From: Paraspadella gotoi | Taxonomy: Eukaryota; Animalia; Chaetognatha | Direction: 5' to 3' | Length of the DNA: 64,000 nt | Assembly (NCBI GenBank): GCA_051294375.1 | Contig: JBJCIZ010000239.1 | Location: 3,759,075-3,823,074 of the forward strand | Part shown: piece after piece, positions 14,301 to 27,681 of the stretch | How positions within the stretch are numbered: position 1 is the stretch's first letter | Layout of the letters: each line of letters opens with the position of its first letter | The notes under the pieces: generated by a model | What the model was told of the DNA's origin: nothing | Databases searched by the model: none | The model's input: only the letters and a program-made list of their open reading frames with translations | Made by a program: the position numbers and the translations under genes

Positions 14301-16245
14301 CGGGATAAGGACATATCGGAACCCTGCGAGTTTTTAATCAAGTCTTTTATTATGTAATATATTAAAAATTTGTTTAGTTTTCAATCAAGACTTTCCCAGT
14401 CCAGTTCAGTTACTCCCAAGCACCCGGCTTCTCTATCAATCAATCGTCATACTTTTGGATAAACTATTCCAAGAATCTGACCATCATTGAAATTGTTACA
14501 AAAAAAATTTATCTTTTATCCATTAATTCTACCGAAAAAGTTACCTTACCCCCCCAACTTCGAACGGGCTATTTCGTTGTTAAATTAATTAATTAATTAA
14601 TCATTTACTCGCCCAGGTCCAGCCCCAGACGCCGAGCGAGACTTTTCTGGAGCGCGGCGACGTCCTGCTATCGATTGACGCCGTGGACGTCACCAACTTC
14701 ACTCACAGCGAAGCGCTCGCGTTTATTCGCCGCTGCGGAGGAAACATGACTTTTAACCTCATCAGGTGAGTTCGTTAGGAGATTCAGCTTTGATCGGGTG
14801 AGGCGTCGTTTTAGGTTTAACATCGTAGGTCGGGCAGTTTTTTTTAATTGATTGGCTAAATAGACTTATGAATATGATGAAATGAAATTTAAATTCTCAT
14901 TTGCATATTGTTGTAAACTAATTGATTTCTTAAAAAAAAAATTATTCTATTTTCTTTCCGAGGTTTAACATTAACCTAAATTAGCAACCCTAAATTGTTC
15001 TGCTTATTTTAGGCGATAATGTGGAATACCTAGGTTAAATTATCAATATTTTTTTTTCATTTGTTGCCTGTCGTTGTTGCCTCGAACGCGCGAACCAAGA
15101 AGCATAGAAAATAGTAAAACATTTTCTCCAGTAGAAACTTTATTTCACACGGGCAGACGCTTACAAAAATCGATATTCGTGAAGAGAAGAAAATATTTCG
15201 CGCTCATATAATTTCAAAATTCAAATTTCCCGCTTCCAGGGGATGTTCAAACCCGATGTCGCTGATGATCAGGTCGGAGACTCTGACCCCTGGCGGGATG
15301 ATCACGAGCTACACCTTCGACATCCCGGAGGTGGAGAAGCTGCCCACGATGCATTGGGACCCTTCGGTGGGTGGAAAGAGGGAGAGACGTGTCCTACTTG
15401 AAGGAAATTCTTTCGTCGAATGAGCAAACTTCTTTCAATATAAGATTTTTAATTCGGTCCTGCCGTTAGTATATAAACGCACCAACTTATTAATTTCACT
15501 TTAGTTTAGTTTGTTTCTTCATTCACTAACGGCAAGGAAAGGCCCAATGAATCTTTCATCCTGAAACCGGCAACCAAAATAACTTCTCTGAAAAAATAAA
15601 CATCAAATCTGTCCTCACGTAATCCGAGATCCATCCAATAAATTTATCAATCCATCAATTCAGCCAATCTACTTTCTAAGTTTCCATCAAGTCATTTCAT
15701 TTATATCAATATAATTATTATAGCAAAGTTTTCAATCCTTTTGCCCGTCTACTCCATCCGTCCAATCCTTCCATTGATCCGTTCGTCCGTCTATCCACCC
15801 AAACTCACTCCCCCCCCGTCCACCATCCGCAGCTCTTCGTCCGAAACAACCCCATCGTCCACGCGCGCAAGGGCGCCGAGGCGCAGCCGCGTCCCATCGT
15901 CCCCGACGATCCCGACGCGCCGGTGGAGCCGCTGGCGCCGCCTCCGGTGCCGATCGCGCCGCCGAAGCCGATCAATCACCGGGAGATGGCGCACAAGATC
16001 AGCCAGACGGTCATCCAGCAAGCGGGTCGGTCATCTTAAATTAAATCGCTTAAAAATTCAACAATTACTGAAATTTTACTGAGTAAAAATAGATACAAAT
16101 GAGATCGAACTGAAGTTAACTGAATGTACAAGTTTAATATTTTATAGAATGTCAAAGGTTCAAATCGAAAGTTCCAATTTTAATTTTTTAAATCAATGGC
16201 TTATCTTTTGTTTCTTCCTTCGCAGAGTTAAAACTGAGTCGTTGA
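6892..16245 (+). CDS. PDZ-domain protein of the PDLIM/Zasp (ALP/Enigma) type, about 201 aa, no LIM domain seen
   Basis: Exons 6892-7008 (MASLGF...PWGFRLAGGKDFNAPLIIQR), 14617-14765 (LERGDVLLSIDAVDVTNFTHSEALAFIRRCG), 15240-15366, 15833-16025 (Pro-rich), 16226-16245 (TGA). All GT-AG, total 606 nt in frame. PWGFRLxGGKDFN is the PDLIM-family PDZ signature. Confidence 0.85.
7082..7350. mobile_element. MITE with 15-bp TIRs and TA flanks (Tc1/mariner-like)
   Basis: TA-CCGGGTTTTCGAGCT ... AGCTCGAAAACTCGG-TA (14/15 match). Internal palindromic run AACAGTTAACTGTT repeated near 7132-7160. Confidence 0.65.
8222..8345 (+). repeat. (AAAT)n followed by (AAAG)n microsatellite
   Basis: Directly visible tetranucleotide runs. 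Confidence 0.9.
9350..13465. repeat. GC-rich tandem array, about 16-17 units of ~246/249 bp with two variants, in intron 1 of the PDZ gene
   Basis: The motif GGACAACCAAGAGCGGTACTTAGGCTCAGAGAAAGAAC recurs every ~245 bp. Variant A (GCATGCATTACCGGTGA...GTGATCGGACAAGCC) and variant B (GCGTGTATTACCGACGA...GTAATTGGACCAGACC) mostly alternate. The right end falls in an N-gap. Confidence 0.97.
14243..14500 (+). mobile_element. Dispersed ~220-250-bp repeat family (AAATAAGCTATCTTGCC...GCAGGTCCCTGCAAGCTTTCAA), diverged copy
   Basis: Related copies at about 536-860 (+, interrupted), 19220-19420 (-), 38911-39060 (+), 41920-42080 (-), 42920-43135 (-), 48029-48250 (+) and 55677-55895 (+). Confidence 0.75.
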
Positions 16246-17129
16246 AAGATCTCCGTCGGTGTCGCTGTCTCTCGGCACTTTGGCGAAAAAAAAAAACAGA
16301 TGGACAACGATTATCGAAAATAAAATTAGGAAAAAAAAAACACAATTCGCGAATTTCGGAATCCGGAAATTATGACGTCATCAGCAGTTCGGCGCCAAAA
16401 GAAGAATAAAAGAGAAAAAAAAAAAACCGCGCGGTGAAATTAGCGTCGACGCGATTCGGTGAACCATCACATGTGATCTTAAGAATATAACTAGTTTTTT
16501 GTAACAAACGCGTTCGGTTATCTAAATCAGTATACTAATAATAAATAAAACCGGGCAATTGCTAACGAGATACACAGGCGGGACGGTGGAGAGAGAATCG
16601 AGTATCGATTGATTCGGCCGCAGAGTTCCGCGGGAGAAGGATGCGAAGGGGTTGATTTAAGACGATAACATTTTTGCGTGTGTTTAGATGTTACAGAAAT
16701 TGTAATTAAGGGATATAAAGATTATAGAAACATTCTTTTCTTATTTATTTTCTCTCCCCGATCGAGCTGGCGACATCGAATCTTCTCTGTCTCTCTCTCT
16801 CTCTCTTCGTCCACGCAAACCTTCATTTCATTTCGAGTGTGCGCGATCTTATTTCATCCGCTTTATTCATGAGGATGTTTCTAGTCATACATATATATTC
16901 ATAATGTGTTTCTTCTCGATTTCTTGTGAGCGCAACACGTTAGATTGTGCATTTACTTTCCCCTCTGTGTTTTTTTTTTATGTTGCAACGCTGAATTCTT
17001 TTTGTCTTTAATATCATGGATCCTGATTTAAAAAATAATCAAACAAAATGGCATCGAAATAAATAAAAAAAAATCTAAAACGATCGTTTCAAATGGAAAA
17101 GGCCTTGTATTCTTCTGTGTGGTTAAAGT

Positions 17130-17172
<43 letters not shown>

Positions 17173-17760
17173 AAATTTTACTGTGTCTTGAAACAACGAA
17201 ATTAAAACAAAGAAAATAAACAAAGAAAACGACGAAGTCTGCATACGATGAACTTTCTTGAAACTTTCTAAATGCGCTTGAATTGATACAGGTTAACCTT
17301 GATTTTCGTTTTGTTATTGTGTCTTAGTTTTTGTTTTTCAAAATAAATTAAAACCCGAGCTGTTGGAGATTTTTTTTTCATTCGAGTTATAGGGAAAGGC
17401 AGGGAAGAAATTTCCACACTATTCCGACTAAGAACAATAATTGTCTTGCAAGAAGCTAAGTTTTTTTTTGAGTATTTATAAAACGAGCGAAGTTTACTTT
17501 TTTTGGCATTAGTGTACTTTCGCAATAACTAAACAATACCATAGACAAAGGATATATACAAGGAAATAGGAAAATTTACGTGTAATGTGTATAAGATGAT
17601 TGAGCAGTGACAAGTTGAGATTTTTTCCCCCCAATTTCAAATTTAATCTAAACGTACAGGCAACAGGGAACAAAAGGCGAAATCCCCATCTTTGTCCAGC
17701 ACCAATCTCGTCCCATCCAAGCCGCCTTTCCTTCCTCACCTTACCCTATCCAATTCGACC

Positions 17761-20700
17761 CTAATTTTGTCGGAGCTTGTGGGTCGATTCCGACCTCCAT
17801 TTGGTCAGGTTTTCCTTGAGGAGCTCCATGATTAACTCGCTCTTCTTGCTCCATTCCTTTTTCATCGCGTTATCGAACGCCTGGAAAGCCGGTTTTGGAG
17901 GCATCAAAAATCTTATTTGCATATTGCAGTAATATTCTTCGGTCAATTAAATTTTTTTAGAGTTATGATTTAAAAGGTCAGGCCCATACAGTTAAGTTTA
18001 TTAATATTTATAAACTTTAACACATTAATACTTCTCTTTATCTTTTCACCAAGTTAAACAAAAAAAACAATTACGTCTCTATCGACAAAAGCTTCAACCG
18101 ACCGTCTTTGCCAAATTGTAGGCTTTGTCGGGAGCGTTGACGACTTCGAAGTAAAAGACCGAACACTTGAGTACCAGACCGAGTCTAAAAATTTTTTTGT
18201 TTTTTTGGAACGCTTTATTTACTTTGCTTTTTGTTTTGTACTTTAACCTTTTTTAAAATTTTTTTTCCCGTTTTTATTTTTTTATGATTTTGACATCTGA
18301 TCCCTGAACGTTCTTGAACGTTATATTTTATAGTTTCGTATGAAATTTTTTTTAAACAAAGATTAAACGTTAAATAGTTGATTAAATGTATTTTGTAGTG
18401 TAGTCGGGCATTGGGATAGGTTCACTCAGCCTATAAGCATGACTCGCTCAGTCGTGACCAGGCTGATGATTGAGATTATGATCATTAGGATTATGAACAT
18501 CAGGTACCGGGATCGATCTCCAATGGTACCTACCCTGCGGGAAGTGTGAGGACGGCCGTAAACCGCTTTGGGAGCCTGGAAAACTCTGAAGACTAGTTTC
18601 AAGCCCAGGACCCCTTTTCAAGGCTGCTAGAGGGGGTTAAAAAAGTTGCGGAGAGCACTCTACAGCCCCACTTAGCGCCTTATGCCTTGTGCCTTATTTA
18701 CCTGTGGTACATTTAACCTGATATGATTGTTAAAAGGGAGATCGGAAGCGGCGATATTCAAGGCTTCTTGGTAACAAAGCTTTGATTCTTCGATCGACTC
18801 CGACTTCGCTTCCCCAGACAAGTCTGACAAATGGCGATAGATGTCGCCCTTCAGCTCGAGATAGACCACTCTGTCTTCAGAGTGCTTGCTCTGGTTTTGG
18901 AGAGGGGAGAGAGAAGGATTAGAAACAGGTGAGAAGAAGAAAGACAAAGATATAAAAGAAAAGAGGAAGAGAGGAAAATAGTGGGGATGAACAGGGAAAA
19001 AAGGGAAGAATGAGGAAGAAGGAGGAAGAGAGAAATATAATTTTTTATATTGGTTGTACCAATTTCATAAGGAAATATATAAATATATATTTATTAAATG
19101 AATGGATAATTTTTATATTGGTTGTACCAATTTCATAAGGAAATATATAAATATGTATTTATTAAATGAATGGATAATTTTTATATTGGTTGTACCAATT
19201 TCATAAATAAGTTGTACTTTTATACAATTGAAACATTCTTTGAAATATTGTACCACTTCAAAGGTGGGAGTGAATAGAGTAGACGGTGAGAGAGTCTTAA
19301 TTGAAAGCTTGCAGGGCGGGGTCCTGCTATGGTATTATCTGTTAAGAGCGATGGAGGCCTTATCCTCCATAGCCTGACAAGATAGCTTATACATCGAATA
19401 AATTGATTGTACCAATTACACAGAGCGAAAGGGACAAAGAGATTGGAAGTGAAACCAATGTATATAAAATTCATCAATGGAAATTCATCTCTTATTCCCT
19501 CCTCCCAAGAGTCCCTCCATCCATCCCCCCACTATAAGAGCTTAGCAGGGTGGATGACGGAAAATATCACAGAGCATCGCTACCAAGCCAGAACAACTAC
19601 ACTATAAGAGCTTAGCAGGGTGGATGACGGAAAATATCACAGAGCATCGCTACCAAGCCAGAACAACTCACACTATAAAGAGCTTAGCAGGGTGGATGAT
19701 GGAAAATATCACAGGGCCTCCGCTACCGAGCCAGAACGACTACACTATAAGAGCTTAGCAGGGTGGATGACGGAATATCACAGGGCCTCGCTACCGAGCC
19801 AGAACGACTCACTAAAGAGCTTAGCAGGGTGATGACGTAAAAATATCACAGGCCTGCTACAGCCAGAACGACTACACTATAAGAGCTTAGCAGGGTGGAT
19901 GACGGAAATATCACAGGGCCTCGCTACCGAGCCAGAACGACTACACTATAGAGGCTTAGCAGGGTGGATGACGTAAAAATATCACAGGCCTCGCTACCGA
20001 GCCAGAACGACAATGCCCCCACCCCTCACCTTCTCAAAGACTATTCCATCGAACATCTCCAACGCCTCCTCGCACGCCTTCCTCAAACTCTCTTCAATCT
20101 CCACCCTGTACTCCAACGCCCTCTCCGTCTCCCTTCCCTCCTCCGCCTTCTCCTCGGCGCTGCGTACGAGTTTCCACCGAAGCTAAGGTCGCCGATCCGA
20201 TTCCGGTAGGCGGCGCAGAGGAGGTCGCGCTCCTCGTCCGACAACGCACACCTGGATTTGGCAGGAGCCGCATGGCGGACGCCATGTCGTCGTATCTGGG
20301 TGGGGTGAGGGAGAAATGAGAGTTTATGGCAACAGCCGGGTTTGACTGTGATGCCCTTTGGCTTTGGGTGCTTCCGACCCTCAGTTACGCCACCAGTCAC
20401 TGGGGCGGTTACCCTAGGACTGTCTCGCTTTGCCAACGCAGAGGGAAGTCGTTAGGACTGAGTGGAATGCAACGCCTGGGACGGTGCGTTTTCCCTGTGA
20501 GCCAATGCTATTGGCTGAACGATGATGGTTGTGAGGCAGTGTGAATATACCGCCACAAGGTCTGTATTTAATTTCGCAACCACATACTTTTTGCTCGGTC
20601 GTTTTGTCCCCCTTATATTTTAAATATTTTTTTTCTGGAAAGTACTGTATATACTTTAGCTAATATTTTATATACAAACAATATATATCATAAGTTGCTA

Positions 20701-21036
20701 GTTGTATATATATTTCATGTAATTATGATCTCGGACTAAAAAAGTAACTTTAGCGTAAATCCACAAAAGCATGTTTTTTATTATTATTATTTGTTATTAT
20801 TATTCTTTATAATTATTCATTATGTATGGGTTCACCGATCATTACAATTTACAAATACACACTACTAATTTTGACTTAATTTTAATAAATTATTCATTCT
20901 TAGATTTTAGATTAAATCATCAAATATTATACAAAAGATAGACAACAATGATAATAATTACTATATAACAGATAGATCACCTTCCTGCCTTTTGAGCCAA
21001 TTCCGCTCTTGCCACGAAATCTCGCCTCGACTTCAT
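17761..21036 (-). CDS. Divergent 14-3-3 family protein
   Basis: Exons 21036-20981 ([19 protein letters not shown]), 20295-20030 (YDDMASAM...[15 protein letters not shown]; contains apparent indel frameshifts), 18890-18718 ([13 protein letters not shown]...YQEALNIA), 18184-18103 ([22 protein letters not shown]), 17880-17761 (AFD...[16 protein letters not shown]). Block order matches 14-3-3. Confidence 0.88.
19038..19207 (+). repeat. AT-rich ~70-bp tandem repeat, about 2.4 copies
   Basis: TTTTTATATTGGTTGTACCAATTTCATAA recurs near 19043, 19110 and 19178. It matches the terminus of the adjacent dispersed repeat family. Confidence 0.85.
19530..20011 (+). repeat. ~70-bp minisatellite, about 7 copies, in 14-3-3 intron 2
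   Basis: Unit CACTATAAGAGCTTAGCAGGGTGGATGACGGAAAATATCACAGAGCATCGCTACCAAGCCAGAACAACTA. Confidence 0.95.
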
Positions 21037-21410
21037 TTCTCCAACGTTAAAAGTGAGAACAGGAGAACCGGAGAATCAATGCCGTCAGCCTTTTATTTTC
21101 GTTATAAGACAATTATTTCATTTAAATATTTCCGAAGAGTTAAAACGTTTTGGTCGAGGAAATAAAGCAGTAGCTAAATAAAGTAAAAGCAGTCTCTTAA
21201 AAAGCAGCGTCTGAAAAATAATTTATACGCAATTTGTTGAGCATTTTTTTTTTAAAAGAAAACGATTAAGATATGATTTATTTATTTATTTATTTCTCTC
21301 TCTCTTTCTCTCTCTCTCTGTCGAACTTAAAATTTGCCACTTTTATTTTATCATTTAACCCTTTAGAAAAAAATTTAAATTTTCTTTCAACGAGTTTTAT
21401 TCCATAAAGA

Positions 21411-21441
21411 AACGTACATGTTTCGACTCTTCATTAGCGTT
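21411..21441 (-). ncRNA. Decayed hammerhead motif adjoining a (GA)n tract
   Basis: Minus strand: AACG-CTAATGA-A-GAGTC-GAAAC-AT-GTA-CGTT. Stem I (AACG/CGTT) is intact, one core G is A, and half of stem II is missing. Confidence 0.45.
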
Positions 21442-21453
21442 AACAATTTTTGA

Positions 21454-21484
<31 letters not shown>

Positions 21485-23248
21485 GAAAAATAATACAATA
21501 TTTAACCCTGTAATTTAAAATTTATACTTAAATTCTTAACCACAAATCCTAACTTTTAACCCTAAACCCTAATTATTAACTTAATCATTAACCTTCACTA
21601 TTAAGTTTAAACTAATTTTTAAGCTTCGCCACGTTAACTTGCATCGTGTCATAAGCAATTTAACGCATGAGACGATAAAAAAGCATTGAGCAAAACTAAT
21701 AGCTTTAAAAATAAAACGATATCTGTAAGAAAAAAAAAAATTTACGCCAAATTTCAGCTTAGGCGCTTTGCGAAAATCCGGCTAAGTTTTGGTGAACCTT
21801 GCCACAAAAACATTAAGTAGTTGATTTAATTTAATTAATGAAATTAAATCGGGGTTAGTGGGGGTTTAGGGTTAAGGGTAGTTTAGGGTTGGTTGGGGAA
21901 ATTAAGTAATAAGTTTTTTAAAATAGATATTTTTTCAAGTAGTTTTTCTAAAGACGTCAGTAGGCAGTCCAGGCTAGTTTCTTTTTTTTTTTGTCTTTCT
22001 TTCACCTGTTAAGAAAACTTGTTTTCTGCCGATTCGCTTTTCTGACAACTAATTTTGTGGATTGTTACAAGACTGAAAAGATTATATCAGAATTTTGCCT
22101 TAGCGCACTTTTCTATTGTATTATTTACGGTTCGTAAACAAGTTAATACTCGGAAGTATATACAATTGTTTTCTAATCGAATACTGATTTAGGCATATAA
22201 CGTACAGTATGAATATTAGAGCGTAGGCAAAGTCACGTATGAAAATTCTAATGGTCAATTTTGAACAACGTACTACTATTAAATTGGTGAGGATAGCATT
22301 AAGTCTAGACTTAAGTCATTAAGCATTAAGTCAAAACAAGGTTCTCTTTTTAGGGCAACCTTCGAGGCTGACGACGACGACGACAGCGAAGATGAAAACG
22401 AAGAAGACAACGACGAAAAAAAAAACGATAACGACGACAACGACGAATACAAAAACTCCAATGGTGATTCTGATTAAAAATCAGCGGAAGACGACGACGA
22501 CGACGATAAGGATGAAAACGAAGGCGACGACGATAACGACGAATAGGACGATGACGACGAGTAGATTTAGACGATCTGATATTTGCGGTCAGCCTGGGAG
22601 GTCGACTTTAGGTGGCCCAACCGAAACAGGTGGTCGATATCTTTGGCTCGAATCTTCTTAAACGTCTGAAACCTTTCCGCTGTTTTTTTGTTTGTTTTTT
22701 TTTTTTGGCAACGATTATCGAAAGAAACAAGAAACTTGTTTGCCAGACATCGATCGGAAATTCTCGAAATAAATGAGCGAATTTTTTTTTTTTTATAAAT
22801 ATAAAGGAACTTCGTCTAAAAATAGAAATGTATCAAGTCAAGTCGCGTTTATCGATTTTAAGTCGCGAAATGTTATTACGAGATATTATAGTTTAACAAA
22901 CTTGTAGTATTTATGCCATCCTTATTACCAGAAGACAATACCTACTGAAAATAGATGGATAATATAAGTTTAAGATAATTAAAAAGAGAATACAAAAGTA
23001 TAGAAATAAAGAATTAAAAATTTAAAAAAACATGTAATATTTTAAAATTGGCAAAATTCAAAAATTAATTTTCAAATTTCCATAATGATCGTGAAACAAG
23101 TTTATAAAAAAAATTTATCAGCATATTTAACAAAAATTATATTTAACTAAACAGTCGCTCGTCACGTACATGTAGAAAGAAGCGGGTAAAAAAAAAACAA
23201 AAGGAAAAAAAAAAACATTTAAAAGACACAGATAAAAAAAGATCATAG

Positions 23249-26200
23249 ATGATTTTTTTCGCGTCGAACTCTTTCAATTTTTTTCTTTTCGCCGTCGTCG
23301 TCGTCGTCATTTCCTCGATTTCCGATTTTCGATCCCTGGAAATTTTCTTCCGCCAACTTCGCCGTCATTTGAGCGGCGATTTCGGCGTCGGCGGCGTCAT
23401 GCAGGACGCCGGCTACGACGGCGGAAGGACGCCGAAGAATCGCGCACTCAGCAGCGAGAATTCTCACGGTAAAAAAAAGGCAATGTATGTCGCGATAGTA
23501 ATTTTTTTTTCATACAAACATTAACATACTGACACCAAGAAACAAACGCACGAACAGGCAAACAAACTTTCTCACGCTAACATTTTGAAATGAGGAATGA
23601 GGAATTGCAGGTGACAAAACCAGTTTCAGTTTATCAAGACTTTTCAAAATTATTTAATTATTTAAATTCGAGACTTCTTAAGTTAATAATTTTAAAAAAA
23701 TACACACACTGTGGTAGATACTATTATTTTGAATTCAAAAATTATCACATTTATAGATTTACTTTATCGTACCCGTCCAAATCCACGCAGAACCTCCCCC
23801 TCCTCCCAAGGATTTCGTGCGAATCTATTCGATGCGCTTTTGTCCCTACGCGCATCGACTTCGCCTAGTTGCCGCCGCGGAAAATGTGGCGCACGAGATC
23901 GTCAACATCGATCTTCGAAAAGTAAGTTATTGCGAAACGAAAAGGGAATCGAGGCTAAGAATTATACATTGTTATTATTATATTATTAAAATAATATGGA
24001 AGCACATATAGTAGTAGCACATCATATATTAGTTTTAGAAGAACGAAAAACGAAAAACGACAAATCCCAACATATTGAAATGCGGAAATTGAAAAAAAAA
24101 ACCAAAAAACCAAACAAAAATCAATTGATGATTGAAGCGTGACATAAAAAACACACATAAACATTAAAATAAAAACCTTTCAGGTAGTGAATATTTTCCC
24201 CGATTATTTATTTATGTTAACAAAGTTTGTGCTTTCGCGCAAGTTTAATCCACTGCGTTGTCGAAAAAATTGAAAACCCATACGGATTCAGTCAGCCTCT
24301 TTGGCAGTGACTCGATAAATCTCCGGCGCCCTCGCCAGCGCCACTCTCCCTTCCATGAGCGGCGGGTCCGATCCTTCCGCCCATTGAAACTCGATCCGCT
24401 GCAGCAGCCGCACGGTGAAGACGAAGACCTGCAGCAGCGCCAGCCGCTCCCCGGTGCAGCGACGAGGCCCCAGGCCGAAAGGGAACAAGTTTTCGCTTTT
24501 TTTGTAGCGTCCTTTTCGTCGAGGAATCTTGGAAGGAAAGGGAGGGGGGGGGGGCGAGAGACCATAGAAAGAAAAATTTAACTTGACCCAAACAAATAAT
24601 AATATATATAATATATATAATACATAACAATAAAAAACCGGGAGCGCATCGCCCCCCACGAACCGAGAAGAAGGGAGGGAGAGAGAGATAGAAAGGGATT
24701 TTTTTGATTTGATTTGTAATGCTCAAAAATGTGAGAGAGAGAGAGAGACAGACACGAACGAACCTCTCCGGGCGAAACTCGAAGGGCTCGTCCCAAATCT
24801 CCGGATCGTTGTGACATCCCCACAGATTAGGGATGACGTTGACGTCTTCCGGAATCCGGAACCCGCCGAGAGTGACTCCCGGAACTAAGGGTCGATGCCA
24901 GGGCGTGATGTCGGCGATCGAGGATCGTCTGAAGACCTCGTCGAGGAACGCCCGAAGATAGGGAAGCTCCTTGATGATGCCCATCGTGGGAACGCCGTCG
25001 AGCCCGATCTCGGCCTCGACCTCAGCGGCGAGTTGGGCCTTGATCTCGGGTCTGTGGATCAGCCAGGCGACGACCCAATTGAGGGCGGAAGTGGTCGTTT
25101 CGGTGCCGCCGGCGAAAAGGTCGACGAGGGCTTCCTGAAAAAAAATAGGGGGGGGGGGATCATTACTTTTTAATAGCTTGCAAAGCCCTTAGCGGACTTA
25201 CCCACATCGCAACCCCCCCCCCACCGCAAACTGCCACACCTGCACGTTCTCCGAGACAGATCCTCCGCCGCCGGCCGCCTCCGCCTCTCCAATATAACCG
25301 CGTCCACGAAATCCCTGGGGTCTCGGGATCGAGATTTAGCTCGTGTCGCTCGAAGCCTGGTCCAGGTGGCTCGGATGAAGGCTTTGGCGTCGCGAAGGCG
25401 GCGGACGCGGCGGGTCGGGCAAATGATCGTCAGGGCGGGCCAGAGGTTGTATATGGGTGCAGAGGAGGTATCGGAATCCGTCGAAGTAGGCACCAAGGCT
25501 TCGTGAAAGCGGGAGGGGGGTTCGCCGTACTCGGGCGTTCGCTTTTTTTTTTTTTTTATTTCAACGGCCGGGGGAAATAAAAATTTTAAATTTAACGAAA
25601 TTAGAAATTATACGTATATGGTGTTCTAAAATCCACCAACCGTTCATCAGCGTTACGGTGTTACAGCCTGATCCGAAGCTAAGGGACTGTCTATATTGAA
25701 CGGTTCTGTCACTAACACTTAACAATAATTACTGTCTCTTCAGGACTGCTTATAATGAACGGTTCTGTCGCTAACTCATAACGATAATTACACTCTCTTC
25801 ACGTAAAATAAAATAAAATGCGGATATAATATTATAAACAAACATAACAAACCGCGTATTCACCTCAATATGACGTTGGAAATGACGTTAGTCGTCGCGA
25901 TCTTCAAAAAGACTTCCGGTTCGAAGGCGGCACCTCCCGTCCGAAGCAGTTCGTCCACAAGGGCATCCGCCTCCGCGACAACCTTCTGCTCTATTCGCTC
26001 GCCACCCAAGCCTCTTCCCGATAGGGTCATCAGCGCGAACCTGTGTAGAGACGGGGAGCGGGTTAACGAACCAATCTCGAGTCTCGGGATTCCAAACTTT
26101 CAATCCCGGAGCTCCCCAGCTTTTTGGAACAACCAGGCCGATGATCTGAAGTCACCACCGAGGGTTCGAAGCCCCCCCCCAGAGTTAGAGATCCTTCGAG

Positions 26201-26934
26201 CACAAAACAGGGAAAAAAAAAACAGAGACATAACGAAACAAAAAAAACAAAGAGGGTCCAACCTGTGAAACTCCTTCCAACTCGGCGACGCTGACTGGGC
26301 CGCGATCCCCAAAAAATTTGGATTGAGCGCCGTCGCCGCTGGATTGGCGCCTTTTACCCGACCCGCCAAATCTCTACGCGTCAACATTTCTCGAACGACG
26401 TCGATCTCGTTGAGGACGACGAAGAGCGCCCGACCGAAGAGCGGGCGGAACCGGAAGACGGGCCCGTGCGTCGCCCGCCACTCGAAGAGGGCCTTGGGGA
26501 GGCGCTCGGGGGTCATGCCCGCGTGACCGAAGAGCCAGTGGCCTCGCGGGCCGAAGGGGACGTTGCAGGGGGGGCGGGAGGGGCGGTTGAGGAAGTAGAT
26601 GAGGAGGAGGAGGATGAGTAGGAGGAAGAGGACGAGGAGGACGAGAATGACGAAGGCGAGAGTCGGCGGCGTCGTTGATGAGGCGTCGAAATGAAGCGAC
26701 ATTGTTTTTTTTTTGTTTTGTTTTATTCGTTTAGATTTACTGTTTTACGTTGAGGAAAAAAAAAATGGCGACTGTGGAATAATTAATGAGACGATTGAAT
26801 GGAAATGGATTTCTTTCATTAATCGAAGAAAGGTTGAAAAATATTTTAGAGTTGTCCTCAATATTGGCGAGATGAAAAAAATCGAGTTTAGAGTTCGATA
26901 GACGCAGGTCGAATGAAGCTCTTGCTGTCGGAGG

Positions 26935-27027
<93 letters not shown>

Positions 27028-27486
27028 GATCTATAGTAGTATCATAGTGGCCACTAGTGGTCAAAGACACGTCCTTTACCAAATTAACTTCTAACTTTTT
27101 TGGTTTACGGTTTAAAACTGTGAATGCGTAGATTACAAGATAGTAAAAATAAAAGTTTAGTTAACTAGTAAACTAACATTCCCTAACCTTTCGTAAAGTT
27201 GTAACTCGTACATCATTTTTTAACTATTTTTCTCGTAAGATAAACAATTCGTTTTTCCAATAATTTAATTTTAACCTTAATGTTTAATTTAAATATTTTT
27301 TTAAACTTTATTTGTATATCCTTTCTTTTTTGTTGTGTTTGTAGATTAAAGAGAGAGTTTGAGTATTTTTACAACAACAATTTAATTTAATAATGGACGA
27401 ACATGCTTATTAATAGCTAATTGTTAATGTTAAAATTTCAGTATACAAAAATATTTTTTAACTGTTGTACATTAAAAATGTATTAT

Positions 27487-27523
<37 letters not shown>

Positions 27524-27621
27524 CATTTCACTTCTTCAAAAACTATCTATCTGTCCTTACCTTTAGCCTATTCTTACCACAGATCGCTGTCCTTTCTCAA
27601 CTCTTTTTTGGAAACTTTGCG

Positions 27622-27681
<60 letters not shown>

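Noticed and set aside
22352-22564. Acidic reading frame (EADDDDDSEDENEED...) as a coding exon
   Set aside because: Interrupted by stops, with no convincing partner exons. It looks like decayed (GAC)n low-complexity DNA, as at 47545-47680.
24288-26702. Calling the P450 (and the 14-3-3 and MFS paralogue 2) pseudogenes because of frameshifts
   Set aside because: Shifts are small indels, often in homopolymers, catalytic motifs and splice sites are intact, and duplicated blocks show a high indel error rate in this assembly.
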